Shown: positions 10,364 to 22,205 of the stretch, piece by piece
How the letters are laid out: every line of letters begins with the position of its first letter
How positions within the stretch are numbered: the stretch's first letter is position 1
DNA from: Eledone cirrhosa
Lineage: Eukaryota
DNA: 64,000 nt
Direction: 5' to 3'
NCBI GenBank assembly: GCA_964016885.1
Contig: OZ024741.1
Coordinates: 222,828,001-222,892,000, forward strand
The notes under the pieces: generated by a model
Told to the model about the DNA's origin: nothing
What the model saw: the letters and a program-made list of their open reading frames with translations, nothing else
Databases searched by the model: none
Translations under genes and position numbers: made by a program

Positions 10364-13300
10364 GTCAGGTCACCACTTGGTGCTACTGGTAACATGTATC
10401 CCAGTACAACCTGTCCCATGGTCGGGTCGTTGGCGACTAAACTGGCAACCCCACCAAGGTTTTCTTGGTGAGGAGGGTGACTTTGGACACTCTGCAGGAC
10501 TAAAAACAAAACCTGTCAAAGGGCAAAGGAGCTCTTAAGAGTCAATGGCCATCCAAAATCACCGGGAGAGATGACCCCTTAGCCTTTGTCAAGGCAGAAT
10601 TCTAGAAGAAGGAAAACTCTGATATAACACCTGCAACTCTGATGGTATCCAATGATGTTGACTTGTTCTTCTTTTTGGTAAATATCATCTTGGTTAAGAG
10701 AGTGGGACTGGCTTTGTGCAGTGCCTTTGCTCACTATAAAAGCTTCACGGCACAGGCATTGCTTTATATCTGGAGATCTCTCTGCACTTGTCATCTTGAT
10801 GTGGAACTCTGGCTGGCCGTAGCCTAAAAAAGGCAAACTACATTACAATGAAGGTACCTAACACAATTGAAGTAAATGGCAATAAGGGCTCTGGATCAGC
10901 ATTATGTGAAAGGATCTGGCCCGGGATGTGTCCCAGGGTGCCGTAGTCTGGGCTCGGCCGTCATCGGTCTACTGTGTGCAAACCACTCAATTTTGGGTGC
11001 TGGAATGTGCGTACTTTGCTTGATGTTGAAACAAATGTACAGCGACCTGAAAGAAGATCGGCATTGGTTGCCAAGGAGCTCATGCGTTATGATATGGATG
11101 TTGTGACCCTCTCGGAAACTCGATTACATGGTGAGGGCCAATTCAGAGAGAAATCCGGTGGATATAAGTTTTTCTGTAGGTGAAGGTAGGAAGGGAGGAG
11201 GGAAGCTGGTGTCGCTTTTGCCATAAAAACAGTTATAACAGACCATCTTCAGGAGCTGCCGACAGGCGTTAGTGACAGACTGATCACTGTGTTCCTCTAG
11301 AGGGTGGAAGATATGCAACCGTGATTGGTGCTTGTGCACCAACTATGGAATGCATTGATGAAGCAAAGCAGGCTTTTTATGACGAATTAAGGTCTCTTGT
11401 CTGGAAAGTGCCTGCAGCTGACACAATTTTCATTCTTGGAGATTTTAATGCTCGCGTGGGCCGTGATTGTGAGACCTGGAGAGCTCTGGGCAAGCATGGG
11501 GTCGGAAAGTGCAATGACAATGGACTCTTGTTATTGCAAATGTGCACTGAGCTGGACTTGTTCTTTGGCAGCACTATGTTCCAACAGAAGGACAAATACA
11601 AGACAACATGGATGCATCCTGGATCGAAACAGTGGCACCTGATTGATTATGTCCTTGTGAGGCGGCGGGATGTACAGGATCTGTGCAGTGTTCGTGTGAT
11701 GCGTGGGGCAGAGTGTTGGACCGACCATCGTCTGGTGAGAGCAAGAGCAAGATGTGTAGTTCGTAAAAGGGAGAAACGACGAGGGGTATCACGTCCGAAA
11801 CGGCTGAACGTTGCCCGTCTGAAGGATCCTGAAGTCAGAGAAAATCTGGTTAAAAAGATGGATGCGTTAGAGTGCGGAAAGAACTGGACTTCCATTAAGG
11901 AGGCAGTTTATGTGGCATGTGTTGATGTTGGATTCACGGATAAGAAGCATCAGGATTGGTTTGACCAAAATGACAAGCTTATAGACAAGCTTTTGGAGGA
12001 GAAACATATGCTCCACTCCGCATTGCTTGGTAGTGATTTAAGCACCGATCGGCAGAAGGCAATCGCTGATAAGCTGAAGCTCGTAAAAGCTGATGTGAAA
12101 CGAAAATTGTGTGAAATGAAGAATAAGTGGTGGAATGACAAAGCCGTTGAAATACAACTTGCGTCGGATGTGAAGGACGTTAAGGCAATGTATAATCTTC
12201 TTCGTGAAGTGTATGGACCACCTATATCACCAGTTGCGCCTCTTAGGACAAAGGATGGCAATCAACTCCTTAGAGTTCCCAATGATATCCTGTTGAGATG
12301 GCGGGAACACTTTGACGAGCTTCTCAATAGGGATTCAGAGGTTGACGAAGAGTTTATCAGGTCCATACCTGATAAGCCAGTAAAGGAAATCCTTGCTGAG
12401 CCTCCAACGATCGAGGAGGTTAAAAGTGCTGTCTGGAAACTCAATGGTGAGAAGTCGCCTGGATTGGATGGGCTGTATGCTGAGATCTTGAAGCACGGTG
12501 GAGAGAATCTCTTGCACCGACTTCATTCTTTGGTTCTGGATGCCTGGAACAACAATCATGTTCCCGATGACTGGAAGGATGCTTTGATGGTTGTTTTGTA
12601 CAAGGGAAAGGGAGACAGGGATAACTGTGGAAACTATCGTGGGATATCACTGTTGTCTGTTGTCGGCAAAGTTCTCTGTAGAATTCTGTTGGACCGTCTA
12701 TTGCTCCACATTGCTGATGAGGCTCTACCAGAGTCGCAATCGGGCTTTCGGACTGGGCGTGGCACTGTAGACATGATCTTTACAGCCAGACAACTGCAGG
12801 AAAAGTGCGTTGAGCAGAATGTGGATCTCTACCAGGTGTTTGTTGATCTGACAAAGGCGTTTGACACGGCCAACAGAAAGGCTTTATGGGATATCTTGAG
12901 GAAGCTGGGGTGCCCTGAGAAGTTTGTTTCCATTTTGCGTTTGTTCCATGATGACATGAAGGCATGGGTAAATGTTGGTGAAAAGCTCTCTGAGCCGGTG
13001 ACGGTCGAGAATGGAGTCAAACAGGGTGACATTCCAGCTCCAACGCTCTTTGCTTTGTACTTCTCCATTGTCTTCGAACAGGCCTTCGGGAACTGCAATC
13101 ATGGTATATATGTTCGCTATCGATCAACTGGAAAGCTGTTTAATATCAGCAGGTTCAATGCTAAGTCAAAGGTTCACTTGTCACTAATCAGGGATTTGCT
13201 TTATGCAGATGACTGACCTGGTAGCGCACACTGAGATTGATATGCAGCATCTCATGGATGCATTTTCTAATGCGTGTACTGCATTGGGACTTACCATAAG

Positions 13301-13475
13301 CCTGAAAAAGACAGTAGCCATGTACCAACCAGCCCCTGGGAAGCCATGTTGTGAGCCCAACATCTTGGTTTATGGTGAACGGCTAAGGGTCGTTGGCAGT
13401 TTTGTATATCTTGGAAGCGCTCTGAGTATGTCCTGCGATCTTGATGGGGAAATATCAAACAGGATACAAATGCTG
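10364..13475 (+). mobile_element. RTE-clade LINE with 5' UTR, APE endonuclease and RT, 3'-truncated
   Basis: WNVRTL..ERRSALVAKEL..LSETRL; LGDFNARVG; WHLIDY; TDHRLV; KSPGLDG; NYRGISLL; DLTKAFD; GVKQG; YADD; YLGS. Confidence 0.95.
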
Positions 13476-13478
13476 TGA
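10974..13478 (+). pseudogene. RTE APE-RT polyprotein with stop and frameshifts
   Basis: Split across ORFs 10974..11183, 11321..13216 and 13203..13478. Confidence 0.9.
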
Positions 13479-13479
13479 G

Positions 13480-15250
13480 ATGCTCTTCAAAATGCACTTG
13501 ACAGCGTTGTCTTTGATGAAACTTGGGAGCAGTTTAAAACACAGGTTCATAGTGCTGGGGTTGATGCACTGAATCTTAAAAAGACAAAACACTGAGACTG
13601 GTTTGATTACAATGATGCTACAATCACCAGGGACATTGAAGAGAAGAACAAGCTGTATGAGAAGTGTCTTGTTGCAAATTGTCCAGTAAGGACACCTTTC
13701 GAGAAGGCCTTCAAAGAAGCAAAATCAAAACTGCAATGTAAAACTCGAAAGATGAAGAATAACTGGTGGTCTGAAGTTTCAGTAGAGATGCTGAGAGATT
13801 GTAATTGCAGAGACTTGAAGGCATTATACAGCGCAATAAGACACGTTTTGGGCCCACAGCCCTCAAAAGTGACACCAGCAGGAATCATGGGTTGGTGAAC
13901 TGAACACTTTAAAGATCTGTTTGATAAACCATCTGCAGTTGATGAGGAAATTATTAATCGACTGCCGCAAACGGAGACTGTAACAAAGATGATGAAAGAT
14001 CCAACTATTGATGAGATAAATTCTACTATCAAAGCGATACTGTTAATCATAATGCATTGAGGGTCATATTGGGGAAACTTGCATGCTCTCCTGAAATTGT
14101 TGGAATATTCAAAAATCTCCATCAATATATGAAAGCAAACGTGAACTTCAATGGGACACTTTCAGAGCCAAAACAGTGTCAAGTAGGGCGATATACCAGC
14201 ACCATCTACTTCGCTATGCGGCTGACATATCCCTTTCACGACTTCTAAATTGGTATACACTTATGATTTAGAACCTCTGGTAAAGTCTTTAATCTAAGAC
14301 ATTTTAATACCAAGTCCAAAATATTTGGCACCCTTGTCAGGGAAATTCTGTATGCTGATGATGCAGATTTTGTGGCACACACTCTAGAGGACATGCACTG
14401 CTTTTTGGATTCAATATCAGCACAGTTGGGGAAATGTATGTGGAGTCAGGCATTTTCGTTAGAGGAAAAATAATTGAGGTGATGGACAGCTTTGTGTATC
14501 TCGGAAATATACTTAGAGGAGATTGTACCCTGGATACTGAAATAAACCGCAGGATTGCGAAAGCGAGTCTCGCCTTCTGGAAGCTTGAGAAGAGAGTCTG
14601 GTCAGATCGGGGTATGACAAGAGACACAAAGCTCTCGGTGTATGAGGCCTGTGTTCTTACAGCCCTGCTATACGGATGCGAAATATGGACAACCTACATA
14701 CAACACATCAAGCAGTTGGAAAGCATTGTATCCAACAAATTCTGAACATCAATTGGTCCTCTTATACACCTGATGCTGTTGTACTTGAGAAAGAGAGCAG
14801 TACCAGTTGGGCTGATCATTTGAGCAGAATGGAAGAGAGAAGACTGCCTAAACAGTTATTTTACGGGGAGCTGACCAGAAGGGGAAAGTCATAGCATAAA
14901 TCAAAGAAGTGGTTTAAGGATGTCATAAGAGACCATCTTAAAGCTCTGAAGATTAATATGGAGAACTGAGAGAAATATCATCAAGTATGTATGTGATGTC
15001 TTTGAGAAAAGGCGAGTTGAGCATGCTGCTTTAAAGCATTTACTTCATAAGCCGGACCAAGTACAATGCTTGCAAAAATCCAGCAGGAATTGAGGTGCAA
15101 TGTATGTGGCTGATTTCTTCTGTCAGAAGACTTATCAACCATCTGAAGTCACACGAGCCAGCGAGATATCGAGCCACTTGTGAGAGGGTTCTTCCGTCAC
15201 GCCCTCTACAGCACACCTGCAATGAGTGTGGCTTAATTTGTAAGTCAGCT
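13480..15250 (+). mobile_element. Second, more decayed and internally deleted RTE LINE (3' half)
   Basis: DWFDYND, LYADDAD, YLGNIL..EINRRIAKAS, LLYGCEIW, RLPKQLFYGEL and a C-terminal CNECGLIC zinc-finger remnant; many stops. Confidence 0.85.
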
Positions 15251-15348
15251 GTGTGCGCGTTAGTGTGTTCTTTACCTACATACAGTATCAATAATTCATC
15301 AATACTTTATCCACACAGCTATGTATGAGCATAGCTGCGTGTATATGT

Positions 15349-15386
<38 letters not shown>

Positions 15387-15391
15387 GAATG

Positions 15392-15442
<51 letters not shown>

Positions 15443-15518
15443 CGTTAAACTAATATATGCCTTCATTGTACTGTATCGTTTTCCATTTGCATCTTGCATA
15501 CACACATACACACACACA

Positions 15519-15564
<46 letters not shown>

Positions 15565-16086
15565 TTAGGCAACCACGTCACCTTTTTGTTCAACACTGAT
15601 ACAGGAACGATGTACTAGTTTCAAGCTTATTAGCTATCGTGAGCTTCCTGCCAGATGGTTGAACGTCTGAAAGTATATACTTTCCTTATGCATATTAACG
15701 GCCGAGCAGCCTAATTTGCATATCGAGTGAGTTTAGTCGGCCGGGGGCACCGAAAACGATAAATGGAATAGAATGAAACGAAATTTCATTTCTCACTCTA
15801 AGTACGGCAGTTACTTAAATGTAAGTATGTATGTATGTATACGTACATACATATATGTATACAGACGTACAGTAGTATGTATATATATACATACATGCAC
15901 ACACATATATATGTTCGGTAAACCGATACGTGCATATATATATGTGTGCATGTATGTATATATATACATACTACTGTACGTCTGTATACATATATGTATG
16001 TACGTATACATACATACATACTTACATTTAAGTAACTGCCGTACTTAGAGTGAGGAATGAAATTTCGTTTCATTCTATTCCATTTA
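15565..16086. repeat. Second copy of the 3390-3892 family: minus-strand HHR region (15565-15695, CUGA core lost) plus a near-perfect palindrome (15760-16086)
   Basis: 15585-15695 is the reverse complement of ~3587-3705; 15760-15905 is the reverse complement of ~15940-16086. Confidence 0.85.
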
Positions 16087-16134
16087 CATATATATATATA
16101 TATGTGTGTGTGTGCGTGTGTGTCGTGTGTGTGT

Positions 16135-16255
<121 letters not shown>

Positions 16256-16397
16256 GTGCAAGGTCAAATATGAAAAAATAGCAATACGGAGAACAATTAC
16301 ACAAAGAAATACTTATTTTCTACATATTTCGTGATATCCCTGTAAACAAGCACATACATGAAACACAAAAAACACGAAACTCTATACACAAAGGGAA

Positions 16398-16418
16398 GAC
16401 TACTACTACTACTATTAC

Positions 16419-16459
<41 letters not shown>

Positions 16460-16641
16460 GTACTACTACTACTACTACTACTACCACTACCACTACTACT
16501 AATACTACTCCCACCACCACCACTACTACTACTACCACTACTACTAATACTACTACCACCACTACTACTACTATTACTACTACTACGACTACTACTACCG
16601 CTACCACTACTACTACTACTATTACCCCCACCACCACAACA

Positions 16642-16685
<44 letters not shown>

Positions 16686-16795
16686 CACCACCACTACTAC
16701 TACTACCACCACCACTACTACAGCAAGAACAGCAATAACAACAACAACGACGACAACAGTATCAACAACAGCAGCAACAAGAACAACTACAAGGA
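16398..16795. repeat. (ACT)n/(ACC)n/(ACA)n compound trinucleotide repeat
   Basis: Directly visible. Confidence 0.95.
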
Positions 16796-17205
16796 CAAAA
16801 CGGATAACAAACATTTCTAAGATCTATTGTTTACATTCACCTTAGATTAGAATCGTGTGAAATTCTTAAGAATGCACCTAACGACCTCTTTCATCAGTCA
16901 CGGTAATAATTGAATCTCAACATGGAGTCTCACCTCTTTCCAAACCCTTCCTATCTTTGACATAGTGGCTGCTTGGCAGTTTAGTCTTGAAGTTCCTCGG
17001 AGACCCCGACCTCTGCCATTTTCATTCGCAAAAATCGAGAGGAGTGCATCCCACGCAAGGAAAAAACCCGGTGTGGTGGAATGGCTGATACCATCTTGTC
17101 CACGGGGCGCAGCTGAAATATACCACCGAACTAAGGGTGTACTGTTTTCCCCTACTCCCTTTTTGATTTTTTTTTTGTTATTATTATTCCATTTTATTTC
17201 TCCTA

Positions 17206-17352
17206 AGGCGGCGAATTGGCAGAGTGGTTAAGGCATCGGATTAAGAAGGCCCCGATATTTCTTCCGATGCACTGCGTTCTCATTTCAAATCTCGCCGAGG
17301 TCAACCTTTCATCCTTTCATCCTTTCATCATTTCGAGGTCGATAAATAAAGT
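17206..17352 (+). mobile_element. Old tRNA-derived SINE (Nin/Deu-like core)
   Basis: GGCGGCGAATTGGCAGAGTGGTTA..TTCAAATCTCGCCGAGGTCAAC..CCTTTCATC..GGTCGATAAATAAAGT. Confidence 0.75.
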
Positions 17353-17537
17353 TGATTCGTCTCTCTTTCGCTCTCGGTTGCTCTCTCTTTTCTTCTCTGG
17401 AAGAAATCAGCTGTGTTCCAACCTGGTAAAGAGATTGACTCAGTCATGCCTCTATACCACAGCAAATAGATGACGAGACGGAGGCACAGTTCACCATAGC
17501 TAGAAATAAGATTAGACAAGTAGTAGACAGGTACACT

Positions 17538-19766
17538 ATGAGACAGAGCAGACCAGAGGCCCAACAACTTGGGATAAAACCTGTAGAAGGCTTCGTTAGC
17601 CTCAAGCAGCGCACAAGGGATGGTGAGGTAGTGTGTCTACCCACAGATAAGTCTGGTAGGATGTCAATAGATAGCATGCCGAACTACATCGAGGCAATGC
17701 AACCCGACATCACCAACACGAGCGAAGTTGCACAACTAACACACGATGTGAGAGAAAAAATCCTCAACGCTCACATGATGATGTGGACTGACATCCTAAA
17801 GCCAAGCAGACGCACTGCCAACAACTTCCAGGCGTCTAACAATGGCATACCACCCTTGTATGGGCTCCGCAAAGACCACAAGACAGTCGACGACCCGACA
17901 ACAGGACCACCAACAAGACCCGTATGCGGAGCTAATATAGCTAGCAACTACAGGATCTCCTACTTCCTCTCAATGGTTATACGCCCCATAATCAAGATGT
18001 CCCCAGATGTATGTGAAAGTACAGAGGACCTCCTCAGCAGAATCAGTGAGTGCAACAAAAACAGGAGCCTATCCAACTGCATAATAGGCAGCATGGATGT
18101 GGTGTCACTGTACCCATCCATTAACATTGATTTTGCTGTGAAAAGATGTGTGGAGATGATCATTGAGAGTGAGGTGGAGTTCTGCGACGTCGACACAGAC
18201 GAACTGGGCCTCCTACTTAGACTTACCTACGACACTGACTACCTAGACAGCCATGACCTTAGATGTTTCTGCCCTAGTAGACCTATAAGAGGTAGACCCC
18301 CCACCATAACCTCAATGGCTAAAAAGACTCCCATAGGAAGGTGGATTGGGTGGACCAAAGCTATACGGACCCCCCAAAACACTGATCAGGTAAGAAAAAT
18401 GGTCGCACATGCAATAGGGGCTAGTATCAAAACTACCCTAAAGGGCCACATATTTAAGTTCAATGAGAAAATCTACACCCAAAATGAGGGAGCAGCCATC
18501 GGCGTCAGCATAGCTGGTGATGTTGCCAACCTTTTCATGGTATGGTGGGAAAGGAGACTTAAAGATCTCCTTAATGAAAGCTCCATAGACCTCATCATGT
18601 ACTCTCGTTATGTAGACGATATCAATATAGTTATAAGAACACCCCCACTAGAGAGCACTAACAAGTTTGATTTAGAACGTAGCACGATGGAAAGCATCCA
18701 GCAGATAGCTAATTCCATACACCAGAGTATAACTATAACTATAGACTTCCCTTCCAAACACCCTAACAATAGACTACCTGTATTAGACACAGAACTCTGG
18801 ATTAACACTATAGACGAGAGAGCCAAAATTCTCCACTCACACTATGCTAAACCCATGGCCTCCAAATACCTGATACTCAAAAACTCAGCAATGTCCAGTA
18901 GTGCTAAGTTTAATATTCTGATCGCAGATTTGGTACGAGTGATGAAGAATGTGTCCAGCATGTGCGACCCAACAGAAATGGAAGGACACATCCAACACTT
19001 CATCAACCGCATGCAGTTCTCTGGCTACAACCAAAGAGACAGAGTCAGAGTATACGAAGGAGCCATGGAAAAGTATAAGACCCTCATAGAACTGGACATG
19101 AAAGGAATTTGCCCACTATACAGGAGCAAATCATGGAATAGCTTAGATAGGGCTAGACATAAGATAGGGAAGGCCACATCATGGTACGACAACCAGAGAT
19201 ATCAGAGTGTCATGTTTGTGGACGCCACCCCTGGAGGGAAATTAGCTAACCAGTGTAGAAAGGCCCTGAGAAAGACCCACTTAAAAATAAAGGTGGTAGA
19301 AAAGCCAGGAACCACCATAAAATCCCTGATCAGCAAAACCTACCCTTTTAAGAAAACCCACTGTACCAATAGGAAATGTATCATATGTAAGGTGAACCCC
19401 CGGATAAACTGTAAAACTAGAAACGTAGTCTATAGCATAAGATGTACAGAGGGTACTTGCAGAAACATGACAACAACATACATAGGTGAGACAGCTCGTA
19501 GCATAGGTGAAAGGATAGACCAACACTGGGGGGAACTAAAAGGACGAAAAAACGGGTCAGTACTATACGAACATGTTAGACAACAACATGACGGTAACAT
19601 AGACAACATAGAAATTAGAATAATATCTAAACATAGGAATGACCCAGCAGATAGGCAAATCAGAGAGGCCAGTGAAATAAAAATTAGAAGACCAAAGCTA
19701 AACAGAAAGAATGAGTGGAACAACAACAACACCCAAACAAACAACACTGACCTAAGAGAAGTATAA
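17538..19766 (+). CDS. PLE reverse transcriptase / GIY-YIG endonuclease (742 aa open frame)
   Basis: TDKSG, PPLYGLRKDHK, PPTRPV, SMDVVSLYPSI, QNEGAAIG, RYVDD, LPVLD, linker C-x4-C-x2-C-x7-C, VVYSIRC..YIGETAR..RIDQH..HVRQQH..EA..LN. Confidence 0.92.
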   Translation: MRQSRPEAQQLGIKPVEGFVSLKQRTRDGEVVCLPTDKSGRMSIDSMPNYIEAMQPDITNTSEVAQLTHDVREKILNAHMMMWTDILKPSRRTANNFQASNNGIPPLYGLRKDHKTVDDPTTGPPTRPVCGANIASNYRISYFLSMVIRPIIKMSPDVCESTEDLLSRISECNKNRSLSNCIIGSMDVVSLYPSINIDFAVKRCVEMIIESEVEFCDVDTDELGLLLRLTYDTDYLDSHDLRCFCPSRPIRGRPPTITSMAKKTPIGRWIGWTKAIRTPQNTDQVRKMVAHAIGASIKTTLKGHIFKFNEKIYTQNEGAAIGVSIAGDVANLFMVWWERRLKDLLNESSIDLIMYSRYVDDINIVIRTPPLESTNKFDLERSTMESIQQIANSIHQSITITIDFPSKHPNNRLPVLDTELWINTIDERAKILHSHYAKPMASKYLILKNSAMSSSAKFNILIADLVRVMKNVSSMCDPTEMEGHIQHFINRMQFSGYNQRDRVRVYEGAMEKYKTLIELDMKGICPLYRSKSWNSLDRARHKIGKATSWYDNQRYQSVMFVDATPGGKLANQCRKALRKTHLKIKVVEKPGTTIKSLISKTYPFKKTHCTNRKCIICKVNPRINCKTRNVVYSIRCTEGTCRNMTTTYIGETARSIGERIDQHWGELKGRKNGSVLYEHVRQQHDGNIDNIEIRIISKHRNDPADRQIREASEIKIRRPKLNRKNEWNNNNTQTNNTDLREV

Positions 19767-20045
19767 ATAAGTAAATAAAATTAAATAAAATTAAATAAAA
19801 TAAGATAAATAAATACATACACAAGCACAATAACAACAAGCACATAAACACACACTAGTCACCCAGCAGACACAACACTATACACACTAGTCACACATCA
19901 CACATAACACTATACACACACGCAAACGCATGCGCAAAGAAGACAAAATAAAATAAGATAAACAAACAAGCAAATAAATAAATAAATATATAGACAAAAA
20001 AAATGGCGTAGACATACAACACAACAGGAGGAACAATGAATATAA

Positions 20046-20090
20046 CACCACTGACGATGTTGCAGATGTGCAACGAAAGATTTATGTAAA
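20046..20090 (+). ncRNA. Hammerhead motif in PLE pLTR (stem III degenerate)
   Basis: CACCA CTGACGA T GTTGCA-GATG-TGCAAC GAAAG. Confidence 0.6.
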
Positions 20091-20292
20091 TTATGTAAAC
20101 TATATATATGTGTTTGTGTCTATATTGTATCTGTATTATTTTTGACCGCCGGTCAGTCAATGGCAACATTGAGGACCGAGTAAGTTAGATCGCAGATATA
20201 AAAGACAGCGAGAAGCGAAAACCAACCAAACAGTGAGTGTGTTCTGTTATTAATTCTGGCAATATTACGCAAATATGACCCTCCCCAAATAT

Positions 20293-20350
<58 letters not shown>

Positions 20351-20354
<4 letters not shown>

Positions 20355-21612
20355 TTGCGAGGTTTTTTATATGAAATCGTGTGTCGAAACAAATATTGTT
20401 ATACTTGGGGAGGGTCATATTTGTGTAATATTATTCCCAGAATTAATAACAGAACACACTCACTGTTTGGTTGGTTTTCGCTTCTGTGTCGTTTATATCA
20501 GTTAATTTAATTTATTCGGTCCTCAATGTTACCATTGACTGACCAACGGTCAAAAATACAGATACAATATAGACACAAACACATATATATAGTCTAACAA
20601 AGTTCTTTCGTTGCACATCTGCAACATCGTCAGTGGTGCTATTATGTTTCCTCCCGTTGTATTGTATGCCTACGCCATCTTTATTTAGTCTGTTTATTCA
20701 TTTTTTTTGTCTTCTCTGCGCATGCGTTTGTGAGTGTGTATAGTGTTTTATTTGACGTGTGTTCGTGTTTGGGTGACTGTGTATTGGTTATTGTATTCTA
20801 TCTTAGTTTACTAGTGTGTGTTTATATGTGTTTGTTGTTATTGTGCTTGTGTATGTATTTATTTATTTATTTATACTTCTCTTAGGTCAGTGTTGTTTGT
20901 TTGGGTGTTGTTGTTATTCCATTCATTTTTTCTGTTTAGCCTTGGCCTTCTAAGTTCTATTTCGCTGGCCTCTCTGATTTGCCTATATTCTGATTTGCCT
21001 CTGATTTTACAGCGATACCACTTCCATACTGCCTATTATGCAGTTGGATAGGTTCCTGTTTTTGTTGCACTCACTGATTCTGCTGAGGAGGTCCTCTGTA
21101 CTTTCACATACATCTGGGGACATCTTGATTATGGGGCGTATAACCATTGAGAGGAAGTAGGAGATCCTGTAGTTGCTATCTATATTTGCTCCGCATACAG
21201 GTCTTGATGGTGGTCATGTTGTCGGGTCGTCGACTTTATTATGGTCTTTGCGGAGCCCATACAAGGGTGTTATGCCATTGTTAGACGCCTGGAAGTTGTT
21301 GCCAGTGCGTCTGCTTGGCTTTAGGATGTCGGTCCACATCATCATGTGAGCGTTGAAGATTTTCTCTCTCCCATCATGTATTTGCTGTGCAATTTCGCTC
21401 GTGTTGGTGATGTGGGTTGCATAGCCTTGATGTAGTTCGGCATGCTGTCTATTGACATCCTACCAGACTTATCCGTGGGTATACATACTACCTCACCATC
21501 CCTTGTGCGCTGCTTGAGGCTAACCAAGCCTTCCACAGGTTTCCTCCCAAGTTGTTGGACCTCTGGTCTGCTCTGTCTCTTAGTATACCGGTCTACTATT
21601 TGTCTAATCTTT
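20351..21612 (-). mobile_element. Inverted, internally deleted copy of the Neptune-like PLE (tail-to-tail)
   Basis: 20393-20985 matches ~19650-20298 and 21010-21612 matches ~17507-18112; ~1.5 kb deleted. Confidence 0.92.
20596..20637 (-). ncRNA. Hammerhead motif in the inverted pLTR copy
   Basis: Minus strand: ACCA CTGACGA T GTTGCA-GATG-TGCAAC GAAAG AA CTT TG. Confidence 0.6.
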
Positions 21613-21649
21613 TAATATTCGAGTTTTAATATTCGTTTTTTGAAGGCCT

Positions 21650-21815
21650 TGTTATTCTGGAATTTCGCCTGTTCACCACCCTATCTTAACTACGCCTCCG
21701 CAATTAAATCCCCCTCCTCCATCGCGAGTCTACCTTTATTTATACTGTGACTGCCATTGAAACTTAGTTCTCGTCTGATGACCCTGTTATAAACAAGCGA
21801 AATTCCAGAGTAACA
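21650..21815. repeat. Short element with ~24 bp terminal inverted repeats
   Basis: tgttattctggaatttcgcctgtt ... aacaagcgaaattccagagtaaca. Confidence 0.75.
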
Positions 21816-21889
21816 AGACTTACTATTTAGCCTTCCAATCTCCCTATCTTTATTCTGATTGTTCGTGTGACTAGGTTTTTGTGGAGCTT

Positions 21890-21980
21890 ATACTCAACAC
21901 TGTATTTATTAGGCTCTGAGGATTCCTGCCAAAAGGTAAGGATGAAACATTGTAAGTAAATAAAGACTGTTTGAGTATGT
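21890..21980 (+). ncRNA. Type-I hammerhead ribozyme with extended stem I
   Basis: GCT CTGAGGA T TCCT-GCC-AAAA-GGT-A-AGGA T GAAAC ATT GTA AGT (core 21916-21954); outer pairing ATACTCAA/TTGAGTAT and TTTATT/AATAAA. Confidence 0.8.
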
Positions 21981-22130
21981 CCTTTAGTTTCTTTTGCATA
22001 TAACGGTTCTGTTCTTGTACATTGAGCTAACACAATACTGTCATAATACAGTACGGTGCGTGCGTGTTTATGCACATACGTAAATAAATAATATATGCTA
22101 TACGTAAATAAATATATATTTATGTATGTA

Positions 22131-22205
22131 TTGGGTCGTCAAGTATGAAATTTGTAGGAATTTTTTTTCTACAAATTTCTACAAATTTCATACTTGACGA
22201 CCTAA
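22131..22205. mobile_element. Tc1/mariner-type mini-MITE
   Basis: TIRs TTGGGTCGTCAAGTATGAAATTTGTAG / CTACAAATTTCATACTTGACGACCTAA with TA on both sides. Confidence 0.8.

Larger units (their letters stand above)
17465..20298 (+). mobile_element. Penelope-like retroelement, Neptune-like, probably 5'-truncated, with 3' pLTR
   Basis: Uninterrupted RT + Cys linker + GIY-YIG ORF followed by an HHR-containing noncoding tail that ends at (TA)n. Confidence 0.92.

Noticed and set aside
10364-10460. HDV-like or twister ribozyme call for the RTE leader
   Set aside because: I could not assign P1/P3 or the twister pseudoknots by eye; kept only as an unclassified structured leader
16320-16814. Poly-Val and poly-Leu/Pro ORFs
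   Set aside because: They are a trinucleotide repeat, with no splice or domain evidence
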